Assembly: GCA_964645415.1 (NCBI GenBank)
Contig: CAZXZL010000001.1
Location: forward strand, 1-49,775
Length of the DNA: 49,775 nt
Direction of reading: 5' to 3'
Source of the DNA: an uncultured Methanosarcinales archaeon
GTDB lineage: Archaea; Nanobdellota; Nanobdellia; Woesearchaeales; CAZXZL01
Below are positions 22,693 to 32,563 of the stretch, piece after piece (the first letter of the stretch is position 1; every line of letters starts with the position of its first letter). The translations under genes were made by a program, and so were the position numbers. The notes beneath the pieces were generated by a model. The model was not told the origin of the DNA and did not search any database. It saw nothing but the letters and a program-made list of their open reading frames with translations.

Positions 22693-22817
22693 TCCCAACC
22701 CCCGGAATTGAACCGGGAACCTGTCGGTATCGGCTGGTTGTATATCATATATAGCTTAGACACTTTATCAATACAACATCTACAGCCGACCGCTCTACCT
22801 AATTAAGCTAGGTTGGG
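22693..22817 (-). tRNA. tRNA-Tyr(GTA) with 51-nt intron (22729-22779)
   Basis: Acceptor CCCAACC/GGTTGGG-A with archaeal C1-G72; anticodon arm GTCGG-CT-GTA-G^A-CCGAC; T arm CCCGG-TTCAATT-CCGGG. Confidence 0.92.
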
Positions 22818-22842
22818 TGCTATTTAGGTAAAATGTGAGTTA

Positions 22843-22858
22843 TTTATAAACTTTACTT
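22843..22858 (-). promoter_or_regulatory. BRE-TATA promoter of tRNA-Tyr
   Basis: AAGTAAAG-TTTATAAA about 25 nt upstream of the tRNA 5' end. Confidence 0.6.
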
Positions 22859-22923
22859 TTTTTATTTATCTTTTTTTCATAAAATCCTAAAATTATTTAT
22901 TTTATCTTATTTTTAATAATTTA

Positions 22924-24141
22924 ATGAATCCAAAACTATGTCAAAAATGTAAAGGAGTAAAAAATTTATGTGGTTCAAAATATTGTCCAATAAAATCTAA
23001 ATTGGAATCACTAAATTCAATTAAACCAAAAAAATCTTTTAAAAGTTCTACAAAAAATGTTTTTATTGGAGAATCAAATTATCCAAATATCAATGTTGGA
23101 GTGCTTTCAGTACCAAAATCATCTAAAATTAAATTAGGTCATGATCCAATTGATTGGAAAGAAAATAAAATTAATGATGTAATCAATTATAAAATTAATA
23201 CTGTTAATTCTCATTCAAAAAAACAAGCAAGAGTACTTACATCATCAAATACTTTAGAAGTTCAAGAAATTGCGATGTCACAAAAAGAACTTGATCTAGA
23301 TGTTGAACTTAAAAAAAGACCTAAGAAATCTTTTCTCATAAATTCAACAATATTTCCTCATGGTTTATCTGAAAAAGTAAATGAAATAGATGTTAATGAT
23401 AATCCAAGTATTCCTCGAAAAGTAGAGAATATTTTTTATGATACTGATGTTAAATCATATAATGCTATTAATGAATTATATGATTATGATTATGATGAAT
23501 ATTATTTATCTAAAATTCTTTCTGCAGGAACCTTAGGAAGAAAAACTGATAGAAAATTTGTTCCAACTAAATGGTCTATTACTGCAGTTGATGATACTCT
23601 TGGTAAAAATTTAATTGAAAAAGTTAAAAATTATGAGATTATTGATGAACCAATTGTATTATATGGTGATTTGAAGGGAAATTATATTTATACTATATTA
23701 CTTCCTAATCAATTTTCTTTTGAATTTTTTGAAATTCATTTACCTAATTCTGTTTGGAATAGGTCTGATGGTGTTATTGTTGCAAGTGATTATGAATCTT
23801 TTTTTGGTCGTAAAAAATATGCTGACAATACAACAGGGGGTTATTATGCTGCAAGATATCCTGTTTTAGATTATTTAAATGAAAATGAAATTCAGGCTTC
23901 AGCTTTAGTTTTAAGGGTTGTAAATGAAGAGTATTGGGCTCCATTAGGGGTTTGGGTTGTAAGAGAAGCTGTTAAAAATGCTTTGAGTAATAATAAAATT
24001 AACTTTGAATCTTTAACTTTAGTAAAGAATTTTTTGAAGAAATATTTGTTGAATAAATTTAATTATAATTCTTCAAAAGTTTTAAATGATAGTGTTCTTC
24101 TCAACATATCAGAAAAACAATCAAAATTGTCTAATTTTTAG
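22924..24141 (+). CDS. nreA: Nre-family DNA repair protein
   Basis: N-terminal CxxCKG...CG...CP, RKFVPTKWSITAVDD, GGYYAAR, PLGVWVVRE and C-terminal PIP box QSKLSNF. Confidence 0.92.
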   Translation: MNPKLCQKCKGVKNLCGSKYCPIKSKLESLNSIKPKKSFKSSTKNVFIGESNYPNINVGVLSVPKSSKIKLGHDPIDWKENKINDVINYKINTVNSHSKKQARVLTSSNTLEVQEIAMSQKELDLDVELKKRPKKSFLINSTIFPHGLSEKVNEIDVNDNPSIPRKVENIFYDTDVKSYNAINELYDYDYDEYYLSKILSAGTLGRKTDRKFVPTKWSITAVDDTLGKNLIEKVKNYEIIDEPIVLYGDLKGNYIYTILLPNQFSFEFFEIHLPNSVWNRSDGVIVASDYESFFGRKKYADNTTGGYYAARYPVLDYLNENEIQASALVLRVVNEEYWAPLGVWVVREAVKNALSNNKINFESLTLVKNFLKKYLLNKFNYNSSKVLNDSVLLNISEKQSKLSNF

Positions 24142-24204
24142 TAAAGAAAAATTTTTAAATACTATGTTTTTTCTTTACATGATGGTTGGTTAGAGGTATT
24201 TAAA

Positions 24205-24492
24205 ATGGAAATCGATATAATCGAAGAGAATAAAAATAAAATAATAATTAATATTAAAAATGAAGATATTGGCTTTTTTTCAGTTTTAACTGATGAGCTT
24301 AATAATAAAGATGATGTTAAGTTTTCGGGTTATAATGTAGATCATCCTTTAATTAAGAATATAAGATTATTGGTTGAACTTAATGATGATTCAGATGCTG
24401 ACCCAAAAACCGTTCTTGAGGATTCAATTAATAATATTAAAAACTCTCAAGACAAATTAGTTAAATCTTTTTTAGATAAAACTGATAATTAA
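24205..24492 (+). CDS. rpoL: RNA polymerase subunit L (Rpo11)
   Basis: 95 aa with VKFSGYNVDHPL; GAGGT SD. Confidence 0.85.
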   Translation: MEIDIIEENKNKIIINIKNEDIGFFSVLTDELNNKDDVKFSGYNVDHPLIKNIRLLVELNDDSDADPKTVLEDSINNIKNSQDKLVKSFLDKTDN

Positions 24493-24503
24493 TTTTTTAT
24501 TTT

Positions 24504-24578
24504 GGGTCCATAGCCTAGTCTGGATAGGGCAACGGCCTTCTAAGCCGTAAGTCCAGGGTTCAAATCCCTGTGGGCCCG
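24504..24578 (+). tRNA. tRNA-Arg(TCT)
   Basis: Acceptor GGGTCCA/TGGGCCC-G; anticodon arm ACGGC-CT-TCT-AA-GCCGT; T loop TTCAAAT. Confidence 0.97.
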
Positions 24579-24610
24579 CTTTTTTATAATATTTAATGGA
24601 GGTAATTTAT

Positions 24611-25006
24611 ATGGCAGAAGTAAAATTAGTTATTAATGATTCGAAAGAGGGAAAATCTTACTCTGATGAAGTTGATTTAGACTCGTTTTTAGGGTTAAAA
24701 ATAGGTGATGAAATTAAAGGTGATGAATTCGGTTATGATGGTTATACCTTTAAAATTACTGGCGGTAGTGATGATGCTGGTTTTCCTATGAGAAAAGATA
24801 TTGAAGGAACTAAGAAAAAGAAAATTTTTACCGGTAAAGCTACTGGTGTTAAAACTCTTAATGGTGCTCAAAGGATTAAAAAATTAGTTTCTGGAAATAC
24901 TGTTTATGAAAGAACTTCTCAATTAAATCTTAAAGTTTTGAAAAAAGGTAAGGATCCTTTAGGCGAATCAAAAGAAGAAGATAATAAAGAGGAAGAAAAA
25001 GAATAA
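24611..25006 (+). CDS. rps6e: 30S ribosomal protein S6e
   Basis: GLKIGDEI and KITGGSDDAGFPMR; GGAGGT SD supports this start. Confidence 0.95.
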   Translation: MAEVKLVINDSKEGKSYSDEVDLDSFLGLKIGDEIKGDEFGYDGYTFKITGGSDDAGFPMRKDIEGTKKKKIFTGKATGVKTLNGAQRIKKLVSGNTVYERTSQLNLKVLKKGKDPLGESKEEDNKEEEKE

Positions 25007-25007
25007 A

Positions 25008-26240
25008 ATGGGTAAGTTAAATAAAGATCCAGTTATGAACATAGGACTTGTAGGACATGTTGATCACGGTAAAACTACTTTGACTGGTGCATTATCAGGA
25101 ATTTGGACTGATAAGCATTCAGAAGAGTTAAAGAGAGGAATAACTATTAAATTAGGTTATGCTAATTCAGATATTTATTTTTGTGAAGATTGTGATAAAT
25201 ATATTCCTAAAAACAAATGTGATGAATGTAATAATGAAACAGAATTTGTTCATACTATATCTTTTGTTGATGCACCAGGACATGAAAGTCTAATGGCTAC
25301 TATGCTTTCAGGTGCAGCGATTATGGATTATGCTGTTTTGATTATTGCTGCAAATGAAGATTGTCCACAACCTCAAACAAGGGAACATTTGATGGCTCTT
25401 GATATAATTGGTCTTGAAGATATTATTGTAGTACAAAATAAAATTGATCTCGTCTCTAAAGATGAAGCAATTGAAAATTATAATCAAATTAAAGAATTTT
25501 TATCTGATACTAAATTTAAAGATGCTCCAATTATTCCTGTTTCTGCACAACAAGGAGCAAATATTGACGTTTTACTTGAAAAAATGATGAACTTATTTAA
25601 AGTACCAAAAAGAGATCCAAAAAAAGATACTAGATTTTATGTTGCAAGGTCTTTTGATGTAAATAAACCTGGTACTCCTATTAAAGACTTAGTTGGTGGT
25701 GTTATTGGTGGTGTTGTAAAACAAGGAACAATAAACTTAGGTGATAAAGTAACTATTAAACCTGGTAGAAAAGTAGTTGAAAAAAATCAAGTTCGGTGGG
25801 AAGAAATAGAAACTGAAATTACCGGAATTCATTCTGGTACTGAAAAAATCGAATCTGCAACACCTGGTGGTTCTATGGCTTTATCTACTGATTTAGATCC
25901 TGCTTTTGTTCAAGGAGATCATTTACTTGGTAGTGTTGTAGGAAAAAAAGAAGAACTTCCAGAAACAAAATATAAACTAAAACTTGATGTTAATTTATTA
26001 GAAAGAGTTGTTGGTTCAAAAACTGATATGAAAATAAAAAAATTAAAAGTTAATGAACAATTATTGTTAAATGTTAATTCATCTACTACTGTTGGAGTTG
26101 TTACAAAAATGCTCAAAGGAGGAATCTTTGAAATAGCTTTAAAAATTCCTGTTTGTGTAGATGAAGGTGAAAGAGTTACAATTTCAAGAAAAGTAAAGAA
26201 TAGATTTAGATTAATTGGTTATGGAACAATTGCTGATTAA
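25008..26240 (+). CDS. eif2g: Translation initiation factor 2 gamma
   Basis: GHVDHGKTT, RGITIKLGYA, Zn ribbon, DAPGHE, QNKID and RLIGYG. Confidence 0.97.
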   Translation: MGKLNKDPVMNIGLVGHVDHGKTTLTGALSGIWTDKHSEELKRGITIKLGYANSDIYFCEDCDKYIPKNKCDECNNETEFVHTISFVDAPGHESLMATMLSGAAIMDYAVLIIAANEDCPQPQTREHLMALDIIGLEDIIVVQNKIDLVSKDEAIENYNQIKEFLSDTKFKDAPIIPVSAQQGANIDVLLEKMMNLFKVPKRDPKKDTRFYVARSFDVNKPGTPIKDLVGGVIGGVVKQGTINLGDKVTIKPGRKVVEKNQVRWEEIETEITGIHSGTEKIESATPGGSMALSTDLDPAFVQGDHLLGSVVGKKEELPETKYKLKLDVNLLERVVGSKTDMKIKKLKVNEQLLLNVNSSTTVGVVTKMLKGGIFEIALKIPVCVDEGERVTISRKVKNRFRLIGYGTIAD

Positions 26241-26273
26241 TATTTATTATTTTAATTTAGAGGTGTTTAAAAA

Positions 26274-26459
26274 ATGTCAAAACTAAAAAATCCAAAATCA
26301 AAATTTGTTAAGGTTAGATGTAAAAAATGTAAGAATGAACAGATTGTATTTGGTAAATCTTCAACACATGTTGAGTGTTTAGTATGTGGAAAAGAATTAC
26401 TTAAAAAAACTGGTGGAAAATCTGAATTTGAATCAATGATACTTGAGGTTTTAGATTAA
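26274..26459 (+). CDS. rps27e: 30S ribosomal protein S27e
   Basis: PKSKFVKVRCKKCKNEQIVF...CLVCG...TGGK. Confidence 0.96.
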   Translation: MSKLKNPKSKFVKVRCKKCKNEQIVFGKSSTHVECLVCGKELLKKTGGKSEFESMILEVLD

Positions 26460-26464
26460 ATAAA

Positions 26465-27241
26465 ATGAGATATAATCTCAAAAAAGGATTTCCTGAAGAA
26501 GATGAAGTAATCTATGGAACTGTTGTAGATATAAATAATAGAGTAGTTGTAGTAAGATTAGATGAATTTAGTGATAATTTAACTGGCTTTTTGTATCCTC
26601 ATGAAGTTGCACCAGGTAGAATTAGAAATATAAGAGATTATGTTAAAGAAGGTAAAAGAATTGTGTGTGTTGTTTTAGACTCTGATAAAAAAACACAAAG
26701 GATTAACCTTTCTCTTAGAAGAGTTTCTAAAAAAATAAAAGATAAAAAACTTGATCAGGTTAAGAAAAGTAAAATTGTAGATAATATAGTGGAAAATTTA
26801 TCAAAACAATTTGATAAAGATCCTGAAAAAATTTATGATGATCTTCTTGATTCTTTTCCTAAAGAAATTCCTTCCTTAGAAGTTGCTTTTCAAGATTATG
26901 TTGATAATAAATTAAAATTAACTGATTATATTACTGATGAAAAGTTAATTGAACCTTTAGAAAATGCAATTGAAGGTCGTTTTAAACCAAAAAGAGTGAC
27001 TATTAAATTTCATATAAAATCTATTACTTCTTTATCTTCTGGATTAAATTTAATTAAAGATTCTTTTTCTGAGATTAAAAAAATGAATTGTGTCGTTATC
27101 TATTTAGGTGGAGGAAAATATGAGATTAGAATAGAGAGAAAAGACTATAAAACAGCAGAAAAAGTTTTTGATAAAATTAAAGATTATCTTGAAGAAAATT
27201 TAGAACCTAAATCAGAAGAGTTTAATATAATGAGGGTATAA
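26465..27241 (+). CDS. eif2a: Translation initiation factor 2 alpha
   Basis: S1 domain, EVAPGRIRNIRD, INLSLRRV and DYKTAEK; canonical rps27e-aIF2a-nop10 synteny. Confidence 0.93.
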   Translation: MRYNLKKGFPEEDEVIYGTVVDINNRVVVVRLDEFSDNLTGFLYPHEVAPGRIRNIRDYVKEGKRIVCVVLDSDKKTQRINLSLRRVSKKIKDKKLDQVKKSKIVDNIVENLSKQFDKDPEKIYDDLLDSFPKEIPSLEVAFQDYVDNKLKLTDYITDEKLIEPLENAIEGRFKPKRVTIKFHIKSITSLSSGLNLIKDSFSEIKKMNCVVIYLGGGKYEIRIERKDYKTAEKVFDKIKDYLEENLEPKSEEFNIMRV

Positions 27242-27248
27242 ATCTAAT

Positions 27249-27410
27249 ATGTCAAAACACATAAGAAAATGTGATAGTTGTAATACTTACACATTAAAAG
27301 AAGTTTGTCCTAATTGTTCTAATAAAACTGATAGAATAAAAGTGATGAATTTTTCTGTTGAAGATAGATATGGGAAATATCGTCGAAAACAAAAATATGG
27401 TGCTCAGTAA
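27249..27410 (+). CDS. nop10: H/ACA RNP protein Nop10 (53 aa, not in ORF track)
   Basis: Manual translation MSKHIRKCDSCNTYTLKEVCPNC...FSVEDRYGKYRR; expected synteny. Confidence 0.92.
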   Translation: MSKHIRKCDSCNTYTLKEVCPNCSNKTDRIKVMNFSVEDRYGKYRRKQKYGAQ

Positions 27411-27411
27411 A

Positions 27412-28218
27412 ATGTCTAAAATAAAATTAGTTTTGGATAAAGAAAAAAAAAAGAATGTAATTTCTAAGTCAAAAGATAATGATAAAAATATATTCATTGA
27501 GGGAATGCCTGGTGTAGGAAACATTGGAAAACAAACTATTGATTATCTTGCAAAAAAAAATGATGTAATTAAAATTGCTGAAATTTATTCTTCTTATTTT
27601 CCTCATATTGTTAAAATAAAAAATGAAATTACATTACCTCATCATAATTTATATTATTTTGAAAATGATAATATTGGATATTTTTTATATACTGGTGATG
27701 CCCAATCAAAAACTGATGAAGGGACTTATGAATTTGCTAAATTTATTCTTGATTTAATTTCTGATTTTAATATCGAAGAGATAATAACTATTGGAGGAGT
27801 TGGTTTAAAATCATATGTAGAAGATCCAAAAATTTATCTTATTGGAGATGATGATTTAAAAGAAAGATATAGTACTGATTCTACTAGTTCTGAAACAAAA
27901 GGGAAAGTAAATATGATACTAGGTCTTTCTGGAATTATTTTAGGTCATGTTGATTTATTGAGAAAATCAAATAAAGATATTAATTATAATTATTTAAGTG
28001 TTTTAATAGAAACAATGAGTTCACCTTTGTATCCTTCTTATAAAGAATCAAAGTTAATGATTAAATTTTTTGATGAACATTTCAATCTTGACATAGATTA
28101 TTCTGATATTGATAAAAAAATAGAAACATTCAATAAAAGTAAAAAAGTTTCAAATGATTTAAAACAATTAGATAGATTAAATAAATCAGATGATGATTCT
28201 GGTTCTTATATTGGATGA
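27412..28218 (+). CDS. PAC2-family proteasome assembly chaperone
   Basis: EGMPGVGNIGK, TGDAQ, ITIGG and C-terminal YIG; follows nop10 (track start at 27358 lies inside nop10). Confidence 0.88.
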   Translation: MSKIKLVLDKEKKKNVISKSKDNDKNIFIEGMPGVGNIGKQTIDYLAKKNDVIKIAEIYSSYFPHIVKIKNEITLPHHNLYYFENDNIGYFLYTGDAQSKTDEGTYEFAKFILDLISDFNIEEIITIGGVGLKSYVEDPKIYLIGDDDLKERYSTDSTSSETKGKVNMILGLSGIILGHVDLLRKSNKDINYNYLSVLIETMSSPLYPSYKESKLMIKFFDEHFNLDIDYSDIDKKIETFNKSKKVSNDLKQLDRLNKSDDDSGSYIG

Positions 28219-29129
28219 AAATGAATCTTGTTACAAGTAATGATTTTTTGGATTTTTTAGATAATGAGACAAAAGAAAATTTAATTTCGATTATTGATTT
28301 AATTGATGAAAAAAATCATTATTCTCATATTTCTTTAATTACTAAGATTATTCATATTTTTCATTTTTTATTTTATAAAAATCATCTTAAAAGTTATAAA
28401 AATTCTTCTTTAAAAAAATGCATTGAAGTTTCTGTTTCTCTTCATAATAAAGAAAAAAAGAAATTAAAAAAATATGTTAGAAAGAATTTAAGACAAGTTA
28501 ATGTTTCTTTTTATGATCAATTTGATTATGATGATAGTTTAAAAGGAATAAAACCAATTGAAGAACGAGGTAATGAAGAAAAAATAATATTCAAAAATTT
28601 TAATTCTTATAATTCATACGTTCATCTTGGTGGTTGTTTAGAGCCATTATATTTTAAAAAATTTAACTGGTATTCTGGTAAAAAAATCATTGTTGATATA
28701 AATCAAAAACAAATGAATTATACAAAAAAAAGAATTGATAATTTATTTACTATTGATTTTGATTTATCACTTTTATATGGGAACTATAATGAAAAGTCAA
28801 TTTTTAATGATATTTTAAATTTATATCTTAATTATCATAACCTAAAGTTGAATGATTTATTTGAATTTCTATCAAATGATATTATTTTTATGCTTAAAAC
28901 TTTTGATTTATTAGATGATCATATTAAATATGCTGTTACAGAAGAGTTACTTACTAATTTAAAATATAAACAATTTATTCTATCTTTTCCTAAAAAAACT
29001 CTATCTGGAAAAAGAATGCATGTTAATAGGAAAGAAATTTGGCTTGAGAAGATGTGTGAAAGATTAAATATTAACTATGATATAAAAGATACTAATAATG
29101 AATTATTTTATTTTTTAAATACTAATTAA
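28215..29129 (+). CDS. Divergent ArmA/Rmt (16S G1405 N7-methyltransferase)-like protein
   Basis: HLGGCLEPL resembles DLGCGLNPL; VDIN, DIIFMLKTFDLLD and LSFPKKTLSGK (like VSFPTKSLGGR). Confidence 0.55.
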   Translation: MKMNLVTSNDFLDFLDNETKENLISIIDLIDEKNHYSHISLITKIIHIFHFLFYKNHLKSYKNSSLKKCIEVSVSLHNKEKKKLKKYVRKNLRQVNVSFYDQFDYDDSLKGIKPIEERGNEEKIIFKNFNSYNSYVHLGGCLEPLYFKKFNWYSGKKIIVDINQKQMNYTKKRIDNLFTIDFDLSLLYGNYNEKSIFNDILNLYLNYHNLKLNDLFEFLSNDIIFMLKTFDLLDDHIKYAVTEELLTNLKYKQFILSFPKKTLSGKRMHVNRKEIWLEKMCERLNINYDIKDTNNELFYFLNTN

Positions 29130-29212
29130 AATTCTTTTACTTTTATATGAATAATTTTAAATAATTGTTTAATTTAATTAAATTTATTATATTCTAATTA
29201 ATTGGTGAAATT

Positions 29213-30922
29213 ATGAATTATCAAAAAAGAACACATAAATGTGATGAATTAAGATCAAAAAATAGTGGTCAAGAAGTAGTCCTTAATGGTTGGGTTAAAA
29301 AAATTAGAGAACATGGAAATGTTACTTTTATTGATTTAAACGATAGATTTGGAATAACTCAGACAATTATTAATAGTGATGATTTTAATGATTCAAATAT
29401 CTCTTTGAATGATGTAATATGGGTAAAAGGTAAAGTTAAAAAAAGACCTGAACCTAATGATGAAATAAAAACAGGTGATATTGAAATTGATGTTACTGAC
29501 TTTGGAATAATTAATAAATCTAAACCTTCTCCTATTGATGATAATGCTAATCTTGAAACTAAATTAGAATATCGTTTTTTAGATCTTAGAAATAAAAATA
29601 ATATGAATAAAATAATAAAAAGACATCAAATTATTAACTTTGTACGTGATTATTTTAATAAAAATAATTTTTTAGAAATTGAAACTCCTTTATTGATGAA
29701 GTCTACTCCTGAAGGGGCTAGAGACTATATTGTTCCATCTCGTGTTAATAAAGGTAAATTTTATGCTCTACCTCAATCACCACAACTTTATAAGCAAATT
29801 TTAATGATTTCTGGATTTGATAGATATTTTCAAGTAGCTAAATGTTTACGAGATGAAGATTTAAGAAAAGATAGGCAACCTGAACACACTCAATTTGATT
29901 TTGAAATGAGTTTTGTTGATTCTTCTGATATTAGAAACTTTGTAGAAGATTTATTTAAAGATTTATTCAAAGAATTTTTAGATATTAAATTAGATGATTT
30001 CTCTATTTTAACTTATGATGAATCTATGAAAAATTATGGTACTGATAAACCTGATTTAAGATATGATTTAAAATTAAGTAATTTTACTGAAGTTGGTAAC
30101 AATTCTGATTTTAATATTTTTAAAAATGCAGATTCTATCCGTGGAATTGCTGTTAATGAAGATTTTTCAAGAAATGAAATTGATGAATTAACTGATGTAG
30201 TAAAAGAAATGGGTGCTAAAGGTTTGGCATATGTTAAGGTTAATGATCAAAAACTTGAATCAGGAATTTCTAAGTTCTTTAAAGAAGAAGAAAAAGAAGA
30301 AATTGTTAAAATTTCAAATATTAATAATGGAACAATATTCTTTGTAGCTGATAAGGATAAGATTGTATTTGATTCTTTAGATAAGTTAAGAAGAGAGCTT
30401 GCAAGAAAGCTAAACTTAATTGATGAAGATAAATATGAGTTTGCTTGGATAGTTGATTTTCCATTATTCTCTTATGATGAAGATGAGGGAAGATGGGCTC
30501 CTGAACATCATATGTTTTCGATGCCTAAAAAAGAGTATCTAGATACTTTTGATGAAAAACCTGGTGAAGTTAAAGGAGACTTGTGGGATCTTGTTTTAAA
30601 TGGTGTCGAGTTAGGTTCAGGTTCTATTAGAATAAGTGATCCTAATATTCAAAGAAGAGTAATGAATTTAATTGGTCTTTCTAATGAAGAAGCTAAAAAG
30701 AGATTTGGTTTTTTATTAAATGCTTATAAGTATGGTGCTCCTGTTCACGGTGGTATGGGATTAGGCGCAGATAGAATTATTGCTTTGATGTTAGGTGAAA
30801 GTGATATAAGAGAAGTTATACCATTTCCAAAAAATAAAAATGCAGAAAATCCAATGGATGGTTCACCATCAAGTATTGATAAAGAACAACTTGATGAACT
30901 TGGTATTTCTTTGAAAAAATAA
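29213..30922 (+). CDS. aspS: Aspartyl-tRNA synthetase, bacterial-type
   Basis: RTHKC, TPEGARDY, YALPQSPQLYKQILM, DEDLRKDRQPE, GAD insertion domain, GAPVHGG and IREVIPFPK. Confidence 0.96.
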   Translation: MNYQKRTHKCDELRSKNSGQEVVLNGWVKKIREHGNVTFIDLNDRFGITQTIINSDDFNDSNISLNDVIWVKGKVKKRPEPNDEIKTGDIEIDVTDFGIINKSKPSPIDDNANLETKLEYRFLDLRNKNNMNKIIKRHQIINFVRDYFNKNNFLEIETPLLMKSTPEGARDYIVPSRVNKGKFYALPQSPQLYKQILMISGFDRYFQVAKCLRDEDLRKDRQPEHTQFDFEMSFVDSSDIRNFVEDLFKDLFKEFLDIKLDDFSILTYDESMKNYGTDKPDLRYDLKLSNFTEVGNNSDFNIFKNADSIRGIAVNEDFSRNEIDELTDVVKEMGAKGLAYVKVNDQKLESGISKFFKEEEKEEIVKISNINNGTIFFVADKDKIVFDSLDKLRRELARKLNLIDEDKYEFAWIVDFPLFSYDEDEGRWAPEHHMFSMPKKEYLDTFDEKPGEVKGDLWDLVLNGVELGSGSIRISDPNIQRRVMNLIGLSNEEAKKRFGFLLNAYKYGAPVHGGMGLGADRIIALMLGESDIREVIPFPKNKNAENPMDGSPSSIDKEQLDELGISLKK

Positions 30923-30988
30923 TTCTAATTAATAAAATTGGAATTTAATTTAAAAAGAAATATAAATCTGTAGTTTCAAATTGTAATA

Positions 30989-31489
30989 ATGGTTGATGAA
31001 TCTAGTTTAACTAAATATATTATTAAAGAGTATAAAGAGGGTTATTCTTTTGAAAACATAAAGAGTATACTTCTAAAAAATAATTATGATGAGGATTTAG
31101 TTGAAAGCTCGTTAAAAAAAGCCAAGAAGATAATAAAAGGAGAAAAATTAAATTTAAATATTAAAGAAAGAAATCCTGTCTGGGTTTTGATTTTACCTTT
31201 TATTACATTTGGTATTTATTATTTTTATTGGCTTTCAAAAACTACTGATGAGTTAAAAGAAAATACTGGAAAAGCACCTAGTAAGTGGCTATTGTTCATT
31301 TTATTTATCCCAGGTATTCATTTATTCTTTTTTTGGAAATATTCTAAAGCTTTTTCTAAACTTACAGGAATAGATAATATTGTTATTTTTATACTAATGG
31401 CTTTTACTTATCCTTCTATGTTTTATATATCAATGATGGTTTGTCAAATCGAGTTAAATAAAGTATCATCTAAATATTTAATAGAATAA
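30989..31489 (+). CDS. DUF4234-like membrane protein
   Basis: RNP...ILPFITFGIYYFYW...Q.ELNK; short helical N-terminal domain (GYSFENIK). Confidence 0.72.
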   Translation: MVDESSLTKYIIKEYKEGYSFENIKSILLKNNYDEDLVESSLKKAKKIIKGEKLNLNIKERNPVWVLILPFITFGIYYFYWLSKTTDELKENTGKAPSKWLLFILFIPGIHLFFFWKYSKAFSKLTGIDNIVIFILMAFTYPSMFYISMMVCQIELNKVSSKYLIE

Positions 31490-31579
31490 ATTTGAAGTTA
31501 TTTTGTGGTGTGTTTTTGTTGTCACTAACTAATAAGTAATTTACAAAATATTTATAAACTATTATTTTCTTAACATTAT

Positions 31580-32545
31580 ATGAAAGTTTTACAATTTACT
31601 GATTTACATGAGGATACATCAAGATTAGAAAATATAATAAATCATCTTGAAAAATACGAAGATGAGATTGATGTAGTTTTAAATACAGGAGATACTACTG
31701 GTTCAGATGGTAAAAATAAGGAGAATTTTGAAAATAAAATCAATAATGAAGTAAATTCTAACTCAAAACTTTCTAATTTAGAAAATAAGATACAGGATTT
31801 TATGAATGATAATAATATTAATAATCAATCAGATCTTTTTCAGCTAGATGATGACTTAAAAGAAAAATATTTTAATATGGAATCTGAGAAAAGTCAGTTA
31901 TTATCAGATATCACTGAAAAAGCTTATGAAGATTCTATTAACAAATTAAAACCTTATTTTAAAACTATTGATGATTCTGTAGATCATTTTATTGGAATAG
32001 CTGGTAATCATGATTTAAATTTAATTTATGATTCATTGGGCGATTATATGACTTTTATTGATAAAGAAGAGAAATATGAGGTTGATATGAATGAAAATTC
32101 TAAAATGATATTTAAAGGTTTAATTAATTCTCCTGAAATTCCAAAGAAACATAGACTTATTCCTGAAGATTATCATATAAATTATCAATCAAGTTCTCCT
32201 ATTGAAGATAATTATAGTGATGATTTAAAAGAATTATTAAAAAATTCTCAAGAAAAAGAAAAAAATCGTCTTAATGGGTTTGATTGTGATATAATGTTAT
32301 TTCATAAAGATCCAAGGTTTGATAGTAATAAATATGGTGATTCTTGTCAAGTATCTCATGATTTTTATGATAATAGTAATGCTAGTTCTTCTTATAATGG
32401 TCATATTCATGGGGGTTATGTTCATGTTGATGAAGAGGGGAAAGTTAGAATGAATCCTGGGATAAATCATTTTTTTCAAGTTGAATATAAAGATGATAAG
32501 AGTATTAAGTCAATTAAAATTTATCGTTATGAATCTAGTTCTTAA
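31580..32545 (+). CDS. Calcineurin-like metallophosphoesterase with helical insert
   Basis: DLH, TGD, GNHD, FH and GHIH motifs. Confidence 0.85.
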   Translation: MKVLQFTDLHEDTSRLENIINHLEKYEDEIDVVLNTGDTTGSDGKNKENFENKINNEVNSNSKLSNLENKIQDFMNDNNINNQSDLFQLDDDLKEKYFNMESEKSQLLSDITEKAYEDSINKLKPYFKTIDDSVDHFIGIAGNHDLNLIYDSLGDYMTFIDKEEKYEVDMNENSKMIFKGLINSPEIPKKHRLIPEDYHINYQSSSPIEDNYSDDLKELLKNSQEKEKNRLNGFDCDIMLFHKDPRFDSNKYGDSCQVSHDFYDNSNASSSYNGHIHGGYVHVDEEGKVRMNPGINHFFQVEYKDDKSIKSIKIYRYESSS

Positions 32546-32563
32546 GTATCTATTAATTTTTCA

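Noticed and set aside
27358..27411. N-terminal extension of the PAC2 ORF
   Set aside because: Overlaps nop10; the ATG at 27412 directly follows the nop10 stop
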